NCBI GenBank assembly: GCA_013239625.1
Contig: MU054187.1
Coordinates: 18,592,711 to 18,656,710, forward strand
Reading direction: 5' to 3'
From: Lama guanicoe
Taxonomy: Eukaryota
Length of the DNA: 64,000 bases
Below, one piece after another: positions 1-11,437 of the stretch. The stretch's first letter is position 1. Every line of letters begins with the position of its first letter. The translations under genes were made by a program, and so were the position numbers. The notes under the pieces are model-generated. The model did no database searches. It saw only the letters and a program-made list of their open reading frames with translations, and was not told the DNA's origin.

Positions 1-28
1 GCGTCGCTGGCGTAGCCCCGCGACTCAC

Positions 29-244
29 TCTCAGCCGCCCGAGCTCCGCCTTCCGCTGCAGCTCCGAGTGCCGCTCCAAAGCGCTCGCGAAGCCGCCTGG
101 ACGCGTTCTAGGCTCCGTGGAGTCAGAACTCTCGCCTCCGGAGCCACTTTCAGTGCCTGCGCCTCGACAGGGCCGAGAGAACAGAAATACTCGCAGAAAA
201 TGACTCTCGGCAGACACGGCACGGGTTCGACACAGCGCCGCCAT
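29..244 (-). CDS. MRPS28: MRPS28 coding exon 1 (mitochondrial small-subunit ribosomal protein bS1m, N-terminal 72 aa); the gene continues off the left edge
   Basis: Translates to [72 protein letters not shown], matching the recalled MRPS28 N-terminus ([23 protein letters not shown]). ATG at 244-242, GTGAGT donor at 28-23, 216 nt, phase 0. Lies next to TPD52 as in human. Confidence 0.96.
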
Positions 245-620
245 GACGGCTCCACAACCTCTGACCTTTGGCTTCTCCGCAAGCGCGCAGGTCACGGGGC
301 GGAGCAACAAGAGGCCCTCCCCCTTGCAGAGCACTATGGGCCGGTGGGCGTGGCCTGGTCGGGGCACGGGAGGAGTGTGGGGTGAGAGAGGGTTTAGGCT
401 AAACTTACTGGGCTAATTCTTGGTGGCTGAAGGTCCTCTGTTGGCAGCGACCCGCTGAGTTTTGCATGATAAGAGTTTTGAGTTGCAGCCGTTTGCCGTC
501 CCAGACACCCCTTGGGCCTCGTTCTGATGTAAATTCTTAACAATGCGACGCTTGCTGCCCTCGCCGCCCGCTTGTCTGCACAGGTGGGCCCCAAGGCTCA
601 TTCCCCCGCCGCTGTTCAGG
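245..620 (-). promoter_or_regulatory. MRPS28: MRPS28 short 5' UTR and CpG-island promoter
   Basis: GC- and CpG-rich. GC boxes GGGGCGGAG (~296-304) and GGGCGTGGC (~346-354). Nuclear-receptor-type AAAGGTCA on the minus strand (262-269). No TATA box seen. Confidence 0.8.
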
Positions 621-3139
621 TCTCTGCTCAAATGCGAGGTTCTCCTCGATTATCTCATTTAGAACTGGAACCCCAGGCAGTGTTGTGCCCCCACAGTTTT
701 CTTTATACCGTTTAGCACTTAGTATGCCAGTAAGTTTACTTACGGAGGCAGGAATTTTGCAGTTGGATCCCTGACAGCGGGCATAAATTGGGCTTAAATA
801 TTTGTGAACGCCTGGATCCAAGTTTGTCTTTCTTCGCCTATATTGCGGTCAGTTCACTCACGGTGCAAAAATACTAATCTGAGACCTTTCTGGTCACCTG
901 TAGCTAGCTACAGTTATCTCTAGGGAATTAAGAAATCTAGTAATGTCTAACTGTGTACCACCAGGGGCCCCACCCTCACTCTTATTTTCTCCCTTTCCCC
1001 TCCACGATGTTAATTGCCTGAATTTACCCACCCTCTTCAAAACGGAACCCAAACACGGTACTTGGAGCATTTATGAATTAAGCTGTCCATCCATCTTCTA
1101 CCCAGCAGTTTTATATTCATCCGTAATTATTGTTTGGAGGGAAGCAGCAAGCACTTTCCCCTTTCATTTGGAAGTACTTTGACAGAATGCATTTCTATGT
1201 ATGACAACCCCTGTTTTAATAATGCCTTTGATTATGGATTTTGAATCTTCCTGATGTTCTCATCAACTGCACACAGTAGACAGAACACTTCTAGTGCAGC
1301 AACCTTGGAGTGGTGTGTAACTGTATGAGTCACACACGGCTTATTTCTAGCCACCGATAGGGTAATCCTTAAAATTCCGTAGTAGGCTTAAGATAAATTC
1401 TATGCCAGGTGGATTCTTTCTTTTGTTTGGTTCATAAACTTTATTTTTCTTGACTGTTTATGAAGTCTTGCCTAAAGTATTTTTGCATTACTGTTGCTCA
1501 TTCTGTTTCCCTTCAGGAAAATGTGGTAAATTGTGAACAGCATTGGTCATTGCTCTCAGTTCTAGTCCGGACTCCAGTCCTGATCACAGGCAAGCCAATA
1601 TGTTTCTGATTTGGTTCCCTCACGTAAAACCAAGTTATTAGCCTCTGTCTTGAATTTAAGGAAGTGCTTTTATAAACCGAACTAAATTAGTATCTGCAAA
1701 ATAAATGGGATTACTAATATCCCAGCTCTAAAATTCAATAGATGTGTTATCTTCATGTCCTACCTCAGCCAGATGAAATTCCCTGGGGATTGTGACAACA
1801 GGCATTTTGGGACAAATCCTGATGTTTTTAATGGATAAGAGTAAGTTTGTATCAACTGACTTCAGGTATGCCTAGTTCTCTGCCTTTGGCAGAGCAGCAG
1901 AAACAGCAAATGAGAAGCAGTGTAAAGGACTGAGCAGGTCTGCACATTGTCCTTGCCAGCACCAGTGCCAAACGTAACATCAACTCTCAAGGCAATGCTT
2001 TAACGTCTCCTTGGCATCTTCTGACCCTGCTCTACTCCCTGAACCACACCTTCCTTCTTGATTTATTAAAAATACAAGCTTCTTTTTTCCCATCTAGCCT
2101 GCAAATTGTTCATATGCTTTGCAAAAATACTATTAATGGCAGATAATAAGTGAATAAAAAAACAGTTCGAAGTCCTGGCTCCACGTCTGCTGGCCGTGGT
2201 CTCATCTATGAAACAGTGACAGCCTCACATCCTTGAGTAAAGAATTAAAGGAAATGGGTGTGAAATGCTCAACACACTTACTGAACACTCAATAAATAGG
2301 GGCTATCAGTGGTGAGGTGGAGGTGACCAGAAGGTGATTTAGAAATCCATGCCTCTCAAAATGCATGAACACCTGGGAAAAAAGACAGCGCTCGTGATAC
2401 ACTGGGAGGTATCAGCATCACTCTAAACATAGCCACGTCAACCACAGAGATGAATTAAGATCATTAAAGGATATCGTGTAGAAGATGACCAGATACAGGC
2501 AATAACACTTAAAGACTTGGAAGAATACCAGAAAACAGTCAAACTGGATTATAAGAACAGAATTCATTCTAAAAGCCAAGGGGAAAACTGAAATCACGTT
2601 GAGATGGAGTGTTAAAGTCATCAAGTAGCACTTATTTCAGTATGAAACCCTGGCAGGTGATGGACATGTGCAGGCCCTGCCCTCTGGGGGCTCACAAACT
2701 AAAAGTGAGTTCTTTGGGGCTCATTTTGATTTGGGTTCTTCTTGATTTCAGAATCAGAACATGGATATTGAAATCTAAGGTTTTCAGGTTTACTTAAAAG
2801 GGATAATGCCTTACTGTTAACTCTAACCCAGCCTGGCCTCCATAATTAACCCAGTTGCAATGGGACAGTCACTAATTTAATGGCCAAATGTCTCTGCATC
2901 ATGGACAAAGATCTGAGTTTTCCTCTGGGTCTCAAGAGCTATGAAGAAACACGTGATCCTGATGTAGGGCCTCACGCAGCATCTCCTCTGGCACATAGAC
3001 AGCAAAGTCACTTCTGAATAGCTTTCCTGTAGCTTTTTGTTTGATACACTGATTCCATAGCTGCTCATGGTTCTTTCTCTACCCAGGATAGCAAGGGTCA
3101 GGAGAGAATTTGTATCATCAATGTTATCCTCAACAGGCA

Positions 3140-3184
3140 GGTAATATGTACAAAAGAACCCATACCCAAAGTAGAATTTTTATT
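3140..3184 (-). terminator. TPD52: Candidate distal poly(A) site of TPD52
   Basis: AATAAA at 3184-3179 followed by a GU/U-rich stretch (TTTGGGTATGGGTTCTTTTGT). Confidence 0.6.
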
Positions 3185-5802
3185 GTTTTCAAGCACTATA
3201 CAAAAATAATAGACAGTGTGTATTTCTTGATTAACAGATCCAGAAATAGTCCAAATTAAGCATGTTTTTTTCCTCTATTTCAGTAGTTTATTTGCGTTAC
3301 TATTAGGATAATTCAGTGAGTACTACTCTCTTCCATTGATTACTTTGGCCTCAACAGGCATAAGAATTCTTGCTTTATTTCCCAGAGACTCCATACATTA
3401 AGGACGTTCCTTTGTAATAAGGGGATAATTCCAGGAATTACTTTTCTTCTGTCACACTGCTTGAATTGCTCACTATCTGCGATTTTACTCTCGAGTTGCT
3501 ACGTTCTTAAGAGTGTCAAACAGAAAACATAGTGGAGTGACCAGGGCCCCTCTCTGGTGTTCTTAGTAATTACTATGTTCTGAATTGCTTAAATGCCCTT
3601 GAATTCATAATATTGAATCTTCCACAAAGACTATTTGAGTAATACTTCTAAGTTGATGTTTATTTTTCTAAATTTACCCCCCCTCTACTTTTTGCTACTT
3701 TTAAGAGGCAGAGTACTTTGCAATACATTAAATCATCTCTAGATTAAGTAGAGGTGGATGTCTAGAAAAGTGATTCTCCAGTTTCTTCTTTCACAACCAT
3801 CACCAGCACCCACATACATCCATGCCACCTTCCAGCCCTATTTCTATCATTTCCCCCCAATAAAGAGATTTGAGGATATTTTACTCAACTAAAGAAATTG
3901 CCATCCTCTCCATTTTGCCTTGTTAAAAAGACAGTAATAGGGCGGGACACCCAAGAAACCATGTGATGAAGAGATGTTATGATGAAAACAATTGAAAGAC
4001 TAGTTGGTTGGAAAAAAATAATTTAACACCTATGTTGAATAACCACAATATTTCTATAAAAAGACAGATTTCTACAGATTCACCCCTCTGGGACAATGCT
4101 TCAACAACCTTTGCCTTAAAGCCCCTTCAGGTAAATAATGTACGTTAGTCTGATAACATGAAGCAGTGATTTAAAGCAGATGGTTAAAAAAAAAACTGCC
4201 TTTTTTAAAGAAGTATGGATACCAGTTGATTATTCAATAAGCTGTTTCCAGACCACTGGTCTCGTAATAAATCTCGAGACCTAGACTACTGATACACAGA
4301 ATTTATTAAGCTTTTCACATGTAATAGAGCATAGTTTTAATTGCATCTGAAGTGCTAACAAGAAGCTGTAACAATCAAGAATGGTAGCGTGTTCTAACAA
4401 TCAACACTTGTGGCTTTTCAGATTTGGTTTTCATAATATATAGTATTTTCCCAAAGTAAATCTAGTCATGCTTTTTAAAAAATGCTTTAGGTCACTCCAA
4501 GCTTGGCAATTAACATTTGGCATAAACAATAACAGAACAATCACTACTTGATAAATAACAAATACAACAGTGTAGGCCATAACCATATACAGCACAAGGA
4601 AAAGACAGTGGTCGTGAGTAGCTGTTACAGTTAACAGAGTACCTTGGCCTCCATGCAGATACTCCCGGAGGCTTTGGTTCATTCAGCCCTGACACTCAAG
4701 TTTTCAAAGCTGGGGGCAATGTCTGTAGTATCACTTTATAATTTCTAACACACTGGAAACAAATAAGTAGAAAATGATGAGTTGATTCTTATTAATGCAT
4801 TAAATCCTCAGGAGTTATCACCAACCCCTTAGTAGAAAAATGTTTCAAGTTCTATTAGTCATATAACTTCGTGTGCTTATTTTAAATGGTGCTAAATGAA
4901 TTAAATGAAGACAACGTTAAACCTAACGTGATTGATTTTAGCGCTTTTCGGCTACCTAGATCTAAAAAACTTTCAGGCTTTAGAACTGAATGTTTTGAAG
5001 AGACTGTTCATGTTTCAACCTATATGCGTGATTCAGAATGTTATTTTACAATTTCCTCCAAAACTAAAGTTTCAATCTGGTGAAAAGTAAGTTGATATAA
5101 GTAGTTTAATAAGCAGCACACTGAAATGGTGACTGTCACAGATGGTGCTAAACAAGGATGTGGAGGGTTCCACTCTCAAGCCGCCTAGGATTTTGAATCA
5201 CTGTACATCTTGTCACTTATAAAATTATAACAAACTGAACATAGAGCTGATTTTAGTTTGATGTCTTCAGAGACCCAAGATATAAGATACCTTACACCAA
5301 AACAGTGTTTTTATTTGAAACCATTTTCTTGTGGCCAGTAGTTCTTCCCTTGGAAGTAAAGAAAATTATGCCAAAACTTTTAATAACCAGGATACAGCAA
5401 ATTTTAAAGAACAATCCTAGTTACGAATCAAATATACAAAGATTCAAAGAGACAAAAAGAAAATCATGTAGAAGAGAAAGGTCAAACTACTATCCCAGAT
5501 CCAGAGCAATTTTGTAAAAGAGGGAAACAATGATCATTCTAGTGAGAATCCCACGTACTATGCGTGTTTCTATACTGATGCTTCCTAAATAAAGGGCTTT
5601 GAATGCACGTGAAAGGGTGTTTCCCAGGAATAGAGGTGAAGATGTTTTTATGTTGTTCAACCCACAAACTATTTGGTCAAAAGAATATGTAAAGCTAAAT
5701 GAAAGCACATCTGGTGGAAATTCATGGCAATGACTGTTGACAAGATGTGCTTAGATCTCGCTTGCAGCATCTGGCAGTGAGTAGCAGAACAAAGGGAGGA
5801 TC
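3160..5802 (-). other. TPD52: TPD52 3' UTR (~2.6 kb; 3' end inferred)
   Basis: AT-rich sequence with no recognised repeats directly after the stop codon. Minus-strand AATAAA signals include ~5309-5314, 4302-4307 and 3179-3184. Confidence 0.75.
4280..4307 (-). terminator. TPD52: Candidate proximal poly(A) site of TPD52
   Basis: AATAAA at 4307-4302 inside the 3' UTR. Confidence 0.4.
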
Positions 5803-5922
5803 TCACAGGCTTTCCTGTGTCTGTTCTGGAAGAGGCTCCGTGGTGGTGGCACTGGCATTTGCAGTCGAATTCAAGACTTCTCCAAAATCACCGCCAGCAG
5901 GCTTGGTTCCCCCTACTTTAGA
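5803..5922 (-). CDS. TPD52: TPD52 terminal coding exon
   Basis: SKVGGTKPAGGDFGEVLNSTANASATTTEPLPEQTQESL*, matching the TPD52 C-terminus. AG acceptor at 5924-5923, TGA at 5805-5803, 120 nt. Confidence 0.97.
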   Translation of the reverse strand, partial: SKVGGTKPAGGDFGEVLNSTANASATTTEPLPEQTQESL

Positions 5923-6309
5923 CTTTTAAAAGTTCAAAAAGGAAAAGACGTTATGAAACAGAAACTTTGCTGACTCTACATAAAGTAACTTTAAAGAAGA
6001 AAAAATCAGGAACCTGATACCTCAGTGATTATTATATATGTATAGAATTTAGTGCTGTTGTGATGCTCAGAGTGGTTTAATAAAAAAAAGAAACTTACAC
6101 AGACTTCCCTGCTGAAATATTCAAATTGGCAAATTCTTTTCCCCGGCTTATTCTTCACAGCAAAATGTAACGAATTTTTTAAGACCCATTATTCTAAAAT
6201 AGCTATTGATTTCTGTTTATAGTTGAGTAACACTTCCGTGAACTGAGTATAATGAAGAAAAGAAATAACGTGTATGGTTCCCAGTTACAGCATAAACGTT
6301 CTAACCTTT

Positions 6310-6470
6310 TGCTATTTAAAGTGTGCGAGGACCTTGAAACCCAGCATCACCTGGGAGCTTGTTAGAAAACTGGAACCTCAGACCGGCCTCCCCACCTCCG
6401 TCTGCAGAACTGAAATCTGCACTTTAACAAGATCTCTGGATGCTTCCTACACATAATAGTTTGTGAAGCA
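6310..6470. mobile_element. MER5A-like hAT-Charlie DNA transposon remnant
   Basis: CAGCATCACCTGGGAGCTTGTTAGAAA..GAAATCTGCACTTTAACAAGATC. Confidence 0.75.
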
Positions 6471-6944
6471 CTACTCCAAGTTACCTGGCCTGAACATTTA
6501 TCAATAAACATTGGTTTGAATGAATATATCTGCCTTACACTTGTACAATACTGTATGCTTTTCAGAACCCTTAGAGATGTCACTGATCCTTAACGCTGAT
6601 GTATCTTTGTGCTTGTGCAAGTGTTCTCTCTACCCCTCCCTTCCTCCCTCCACACCTCCCGCTTCCATCCCCTAACTGGCCAGCAGGACAGCTAATGTTA
6701 AGACACCAATCAGTGATCAAGGACGCAGTTCACAGTGGGTTTGAATCTGCCCTTGCTCTTAGCTCAGTCTTTACTGGCCAGACTCTAACTAGTTGGAATC
6801 TAGCTGAAATTTGCTCATTATTTTTGGTCTCCCATCTAAAATCTTTGAATTATCTGAAAAATTTTGCATGACTTATATTCACTGTATATTTATGAAATTT
6901 ATGAAAACATTCCTTAATCATAAGAAAATGTTAAGATCCCTTGC

Positions 6945-7860
6945 AATTCAACATGTCTAAAACTGAACTCCTCCCACAGCTGGTCCCATCTCTATTCTAG
7001 TCTAAGACTTTGAATGGCAGTCCCACCTCCCAGTCAGACTCCTAGAGTCATCTTTGGTCCTTCCCTGTCTCATTCCACATCCAATCGCTAACTTTTTGTC
7101 TGTCATTTCTAAATTCTAAATATCTCTCGACTTTGTCCCACTGGAGATGGCTTAACTCACTGCACCATCATCTTTGGCCTGGGTTCCAACACCTTCCTCC
7201 CAACTGGTCTCCTTCTCCAGTCCTTCTCCGCTTAGATCGGCAGGGCAGCCAGAGATCTTTCTAAAACGCTCAGAAAAATCTCTCAACGGCTTCCCACTTT
7301 TTCTTTAACATGGCCCACCCACTTCGTCTCCTGCTCAACACCTTAGAGCACAGCAAAGTTCCTGGTGTTCCAGGAATGGGGACCCAAAGCTTCAAATGTT
7401 CCCTTCAACCAAGACTTTACAGGACTGCGTCCACTGAGAAGCCCTCTCTGACCTTCCCTCCTGCCAAGCATTACACAGTTCCTGCCAGTGACCCTGACTG
7501 AAGCCCCTGCTCAACACCTTAGAGCACAGCAAAGTTCCTGGTGTTCCAGGAATGGGGACCCAAAGCTTCAAATGTTCCCTTCAACCAAGAGGCCTCCCTT
7601 TACAGGACTGCGTCCACTGAGAAGCCCTCTCTGACCTTCCCTCCTGCCAAGCATTACACAGTTCCTGCCAGTGACCCTGACTGAAGCCTCTCCTGTCACT
7701 GTCATAGCACCTTACCTCACTTTATTTTGACTGGCCATCTAATTGTCTAAACACCTTGCAGAAAGATCTGTGTTTATCTTCCTCACCGAGGTTTTCCCAG
7801 TGTCCAACACTCATCTCCTGACACATGGCAAATGCTCAATGATCACCGTTAATGACTCAA
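6945..7860 (+). mobile_element. Ancient L2 3' remnant (contains the tandem duplication)
   Basis: CAACATGTCTAAAACTGAACTC, GAGTCATCTTTG..CACATCCAATC, and a terminal CCTGACACATGGCAAATGCTCAAT. Confidence 0.65.
7330..7688. repeat. Tandem duplication with two near-identical copies (176 and 183 bp)
   Basis: 7330-7505 and 7506-7688 read identically except for a 7-nt indel (GGCCTCC, present only in copy 2). Confidence 0.95.
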
Positions 7861-8011
7861 TCCAAAATCTAAATGTAAGTATCTGCAGACCGGATGCTTA
7901 ACTGAATACAAGTGTAAGTTAGAAAAACTGTATCCCAAGCTATAGTTTATAGCTTCCTTGGTGACTGATACCTGTTTAATATACTATCCTTTTAAAAATA
8001 CATATTTTTCC

Positions 8012-8192
8012 ACAAGGACCTCCTGTATAGCACAGGGAACTATATTCAATATCTTGTAATAGCCTATATGGAAAAGAATCTGAAATATATATATATGTAT
8101 GTATATGTATAACTGAATTGCTTTGCTGTACACCTGAAACTAACATTGTAAATCAACAACACTTCAGTAAAAAATAAAATTTAAATAAATAA
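8012..8192 (+). mobile_element. Cetartiodactyl-type L1 3' end
   Basis: CTGTATAGCACAGGGAACTATATTCAATATCTTGTAATA..TGTAAATCAAC followed by an A-rich tail. Confidence 0.85.
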
Positions 8193-9784
8193 ATATTACA
8201 TGTTTTTATCTGAATAATTTCTAGGCATATTTTAAAAGCACATTTCACCACAATTTATAGAGTCTAAATATAATCAGGAGGAAAGTACATAATAAATGAC
8301 TGGAAGTCTCTCCTCATCATCAGTGTCAAAGAACACAGGTCCTCTGGTTTTCCAGGTAGTTGGTTCAAAAACTGACACTGAGGGTAGAGTTTAAGAAGCG
8401 GCTGTGAAATGCCTAAAACACAGAACTGAATTCCTTGCAATGTCCAGTTTGATTTCAAATATATGACTAGGCATTAATAAGAATAAAGCAGGCCTCTGGT
8501 ACTGGCCTAGAAGAGTGATTATGATATATTTTTGCTCATCAAGCACATATTAAGTAGCTGTAATGTGCTAAGGACTCTAGGCCACTGAGAAGCACAGAGA
8601 GCAAAATGAGCAGGTGCCTGCGTTTGTGGGTCACACCTGCTAGTGCGAATGAGCAGGTTGTAGGACTGTGTGTGCAGTGTGATTCCTTCTTGAAAACCTT
8701 TTATACCTGTATGTAGAAACAGAATGGGTGGGTAGTAGTGTTTCTATGTGCAAGGAAAAAAGATCCAGATCGTGGTGCACTGTTTGGTTTTCCTTCCATA
8801 AGCATACCCTGATTCTGTAATTTTAAAAAGCTGCATTTAAAAACAAGTGACTCGATTACAATTCTGAAAGACCAAATCTGAATACTTATTTTTAAGCTGA
8901 TTTATATAAAACAATTAAGATACTAGTTTTAGTCCTTAAAAATATCCACCATAATTATCAGAATTCATTTTGGAAGAAATGAACACACTGGCTTTGCACA
9001 AAGTCTGCAGAGAAGGCTGGGCAGTGGATGGGAACAGAACAACGTTTCTGGTCCCTTGTGATCCTTGAAGACCTTATTGTTTTGAATATAGTCTTGAAGA
9101 CAGTACAACTGACAAATTAATAAAGCTGATTGTTATGGGAAAATGTCCACCTTTACCAGAATCAAAGCAAAAAGTAAAACAATGAATCATCAATGGTGGT
9201 GACCATGGTAATAAAAATGCCCAATAATTAAGGATTAAACAAACAATCTCCATCATAAGGCTATGCAGGCAGCTATTAAGCATAATACTGAAAAACAGTA
9301 TTTAATGATACAGAAAAATGTTTATGATTTACAGTCTTAATTCTTCTTCAAAGCATGACAGCATAGTCCTATTACATATCACTGTCCGGGTTGTGGGAGC
9401 AATTTTTTGTGTTTTATTCTTTTTGCTTTTCTATATTGTTTTTCATTTTCTACAGTAAGAGTATATTAAATTTGGTCCAAGTACAAAAGTATTTGACGTG
9501 AACAATGCGAAAAGCAGCACAGACTTCTAAAGCGCTCTTGTTTTTTCAATTACACATTTCTTTTCAGTACTTATGCTCCATGCTAGAACAAACACTCAAA
9601 AAAAAATGATTTAAAAGAGTACATATCACCTTAAACAGCCATTGATAATGTAAAGAACAGTTATTAAATTTAGTTAAATATTTTTTAGGGAGAAATACTA
9701 ATTTGCATAATTTACCCACACCAAAGAAAGTTAAGGCACCAAACGAGATAATGCAACGACCCTGTCCATCATCTCTCTACTTGC

Positions 9785-9833
9785 CTTTAAGTTTTCCACC
9801 TTTTCTTCAAATGATTTGAAAGTTGGGGAGTTT
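9785..9833 (-). CDS. TPD52: TPD52 penultimate exon (49 nt) with a non-canonical GC donor
   Basis: 1 nt plus NSPTFKSFEEKVENLK. Acceptor ...tctctccatag, donor AAG|GCAAGT. Phases fit both neighbours. Confidence 0.96.
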
Positions 9834-10629
9834 CTATGGAGAGAAAAGAAAAACAGTAAAATCACAAACACTGAACCAAAAAATCCAACAATTTTGAAAA
9901 TATTATTAGCTGAAAATATTATCACGGTATTCCTCTTCGCCATTATTCTCAATCAGCAAAAGAACACATAGAGCATAAGGAACACCTGTACCACAGGCGT
10001 GCAAGCATACATCCAACTATGTCTTACTATGTAAGATTACTGACTTCTGTTCAAGGTTTCTGCAATGATGCCCTTTTGATTCCATGGAAAGAGCCAGTCA
10101 GACATACAGACACAGTCAAGTCCATGTGTGAGGAGAGGGAACAAGGTCAGGTAAAACAGTGATTCTGTCACTTCCCCAACCAACCTGTCACGGTACAAGA
10201 AAATGCAACTGTTCGATCAGTCTGATGCTCCAGAACTCGTGTGTAAAGTCACATATCGCCTGTCAGGATTTCTGTATGAACCCCCATCACCTAAGCAGGA
10301 CAAGCAGACCCTAGGAGGTTCCACAACAGGGATCCTGGCTCCCAGGAGCAGCTAACAGACGAGGGGCCAAAAGGAAGGGAGGGGCACAGACACGTGGCTG
10401 TACCCACTTCACGGAGCTGCCCCAACTGACAGAAGCACCCTGAGCCCACGGGACGCCTCCCCTGCACCTTCGCATCCATCTGTCTGTATGAATTAAGGAG
10501 GATCTCAGCACCTGTGTCGCTCCCACCTGGGTTTCTGAAGCTTTTCTACTGTTCACCTGCCCTCCAAGATTCTTCCTACTACCAAGATGACAAAGGCGAG
10601 GGAGGGAGGGGTTTCCTCCTTCCCACCGC

Positions 10630-10810
10630 AGCTGTGGGCAGCTGGTCCCAAAGCGTGGTCCCCAGACCACCTGCATCAGTGGCTCTTGGGAAATTGTCTG
10701 CAATGCACATTCTCAGATCCCACCCCAGGCCTACAGAATCAGAAACCAGAGGTGGGGCCCAGCAAGCAGTCCAGGCAGTTCTGATGCACACGGAAGTTTA
10801 AACCTAGCAT
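10630..10810. mobile_element. MER5A-like remnant
   Basis: CAAAGCGTGGTCCCCAGACC..CCCACCCCAGGCCTACAGAATCAGAAAC..TTCTGATGCACAC. Confidence 0.75.
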
Positions 10811-11298
10811 TGTATCGTTAAAAATCCTCCACCCCTACAGGGAGGTCAGCTGAGGGAGTGACGTGTGACACTTGCAGGTGCTTATGGATGAAAGAGGACA
10901 GCAGAATCAAACCACCAAATGTCACAGTGGGACGAGGGAAGTAGAAATGAAGAGGGTGAAAGGAAAGGGGACTGTAACCAAAGCTGATGAAGACAGAGGT
11001 GGTGTGACACGTACATCCGTGAAAAGAGGAGGCTGATTAGATGAGCAGCGTTCACTTTTTCAATTAAACAGATTCCAGATATGAAACAACTTCACAGGGT
11101 TACAAAATAAAGCAGAAGTCATAATTCTTTTCTTAAAATCTTTTTTTAATGGACTTCTGGCGCCCAGCCTAACACTGGGGGAACAGCAACGGCAAACTGG
11201 TAACAGTTTCCACGCAGCTTGTTTAGAGCAGATTCTAACTCCTACTTCAGAACAGTTCAAGTTAAACATCTAAATAAAGAATAAGAAAGCATCAAACT

Positions 11299-11437
11299 GG
11301 GGGAGGGTGTAGCTTAAATGGCAGAGCACATGCTTAGCATGCACGAGGTCCTGGGTTCAATCCTCAGTACCTCCATTAAAAAAAAAAAGCTAATAACAGA
11401 TACGTAAACAGACCTAATGGCCTCCCCTCCCTCCAAA
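11299..11437 (+). mobile_element. tRNA-derived camelid SINE (Vic-1-like)
   Basis: GGGGAGGGTGTAGCTTAAATGGCAGAGC..GGTTCAATCC (A and B boxes), A-rich tail, degenerate TSD aagaaagcatcaaac/aaggaaacatcagac. Confidence 0.88.

Noticed and set aside
31..385. ORF-track entries 31-282 (-) and 68-385 (+)
   Set aside because: These are off-frame or antisense shadows of GC-rich MRPS28 exon 1. The true frame starts at 244 and ends at a splice donor.
7330..7688. CRISPR-like or other prokaryotic repeat array
   Set aside because: The sequence is mammalian, and this is a two-copy tandem duplication without spacers. No prokaryotic or intact viral genes were seen anywhere in the window.
11299..11375. tRNA-like sequences with A and B boxes (8 copies in the window)
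   Set aside because: They are diverged copies with A-rich tails and TSDs, so they are SINEs rather than tRNA genes.
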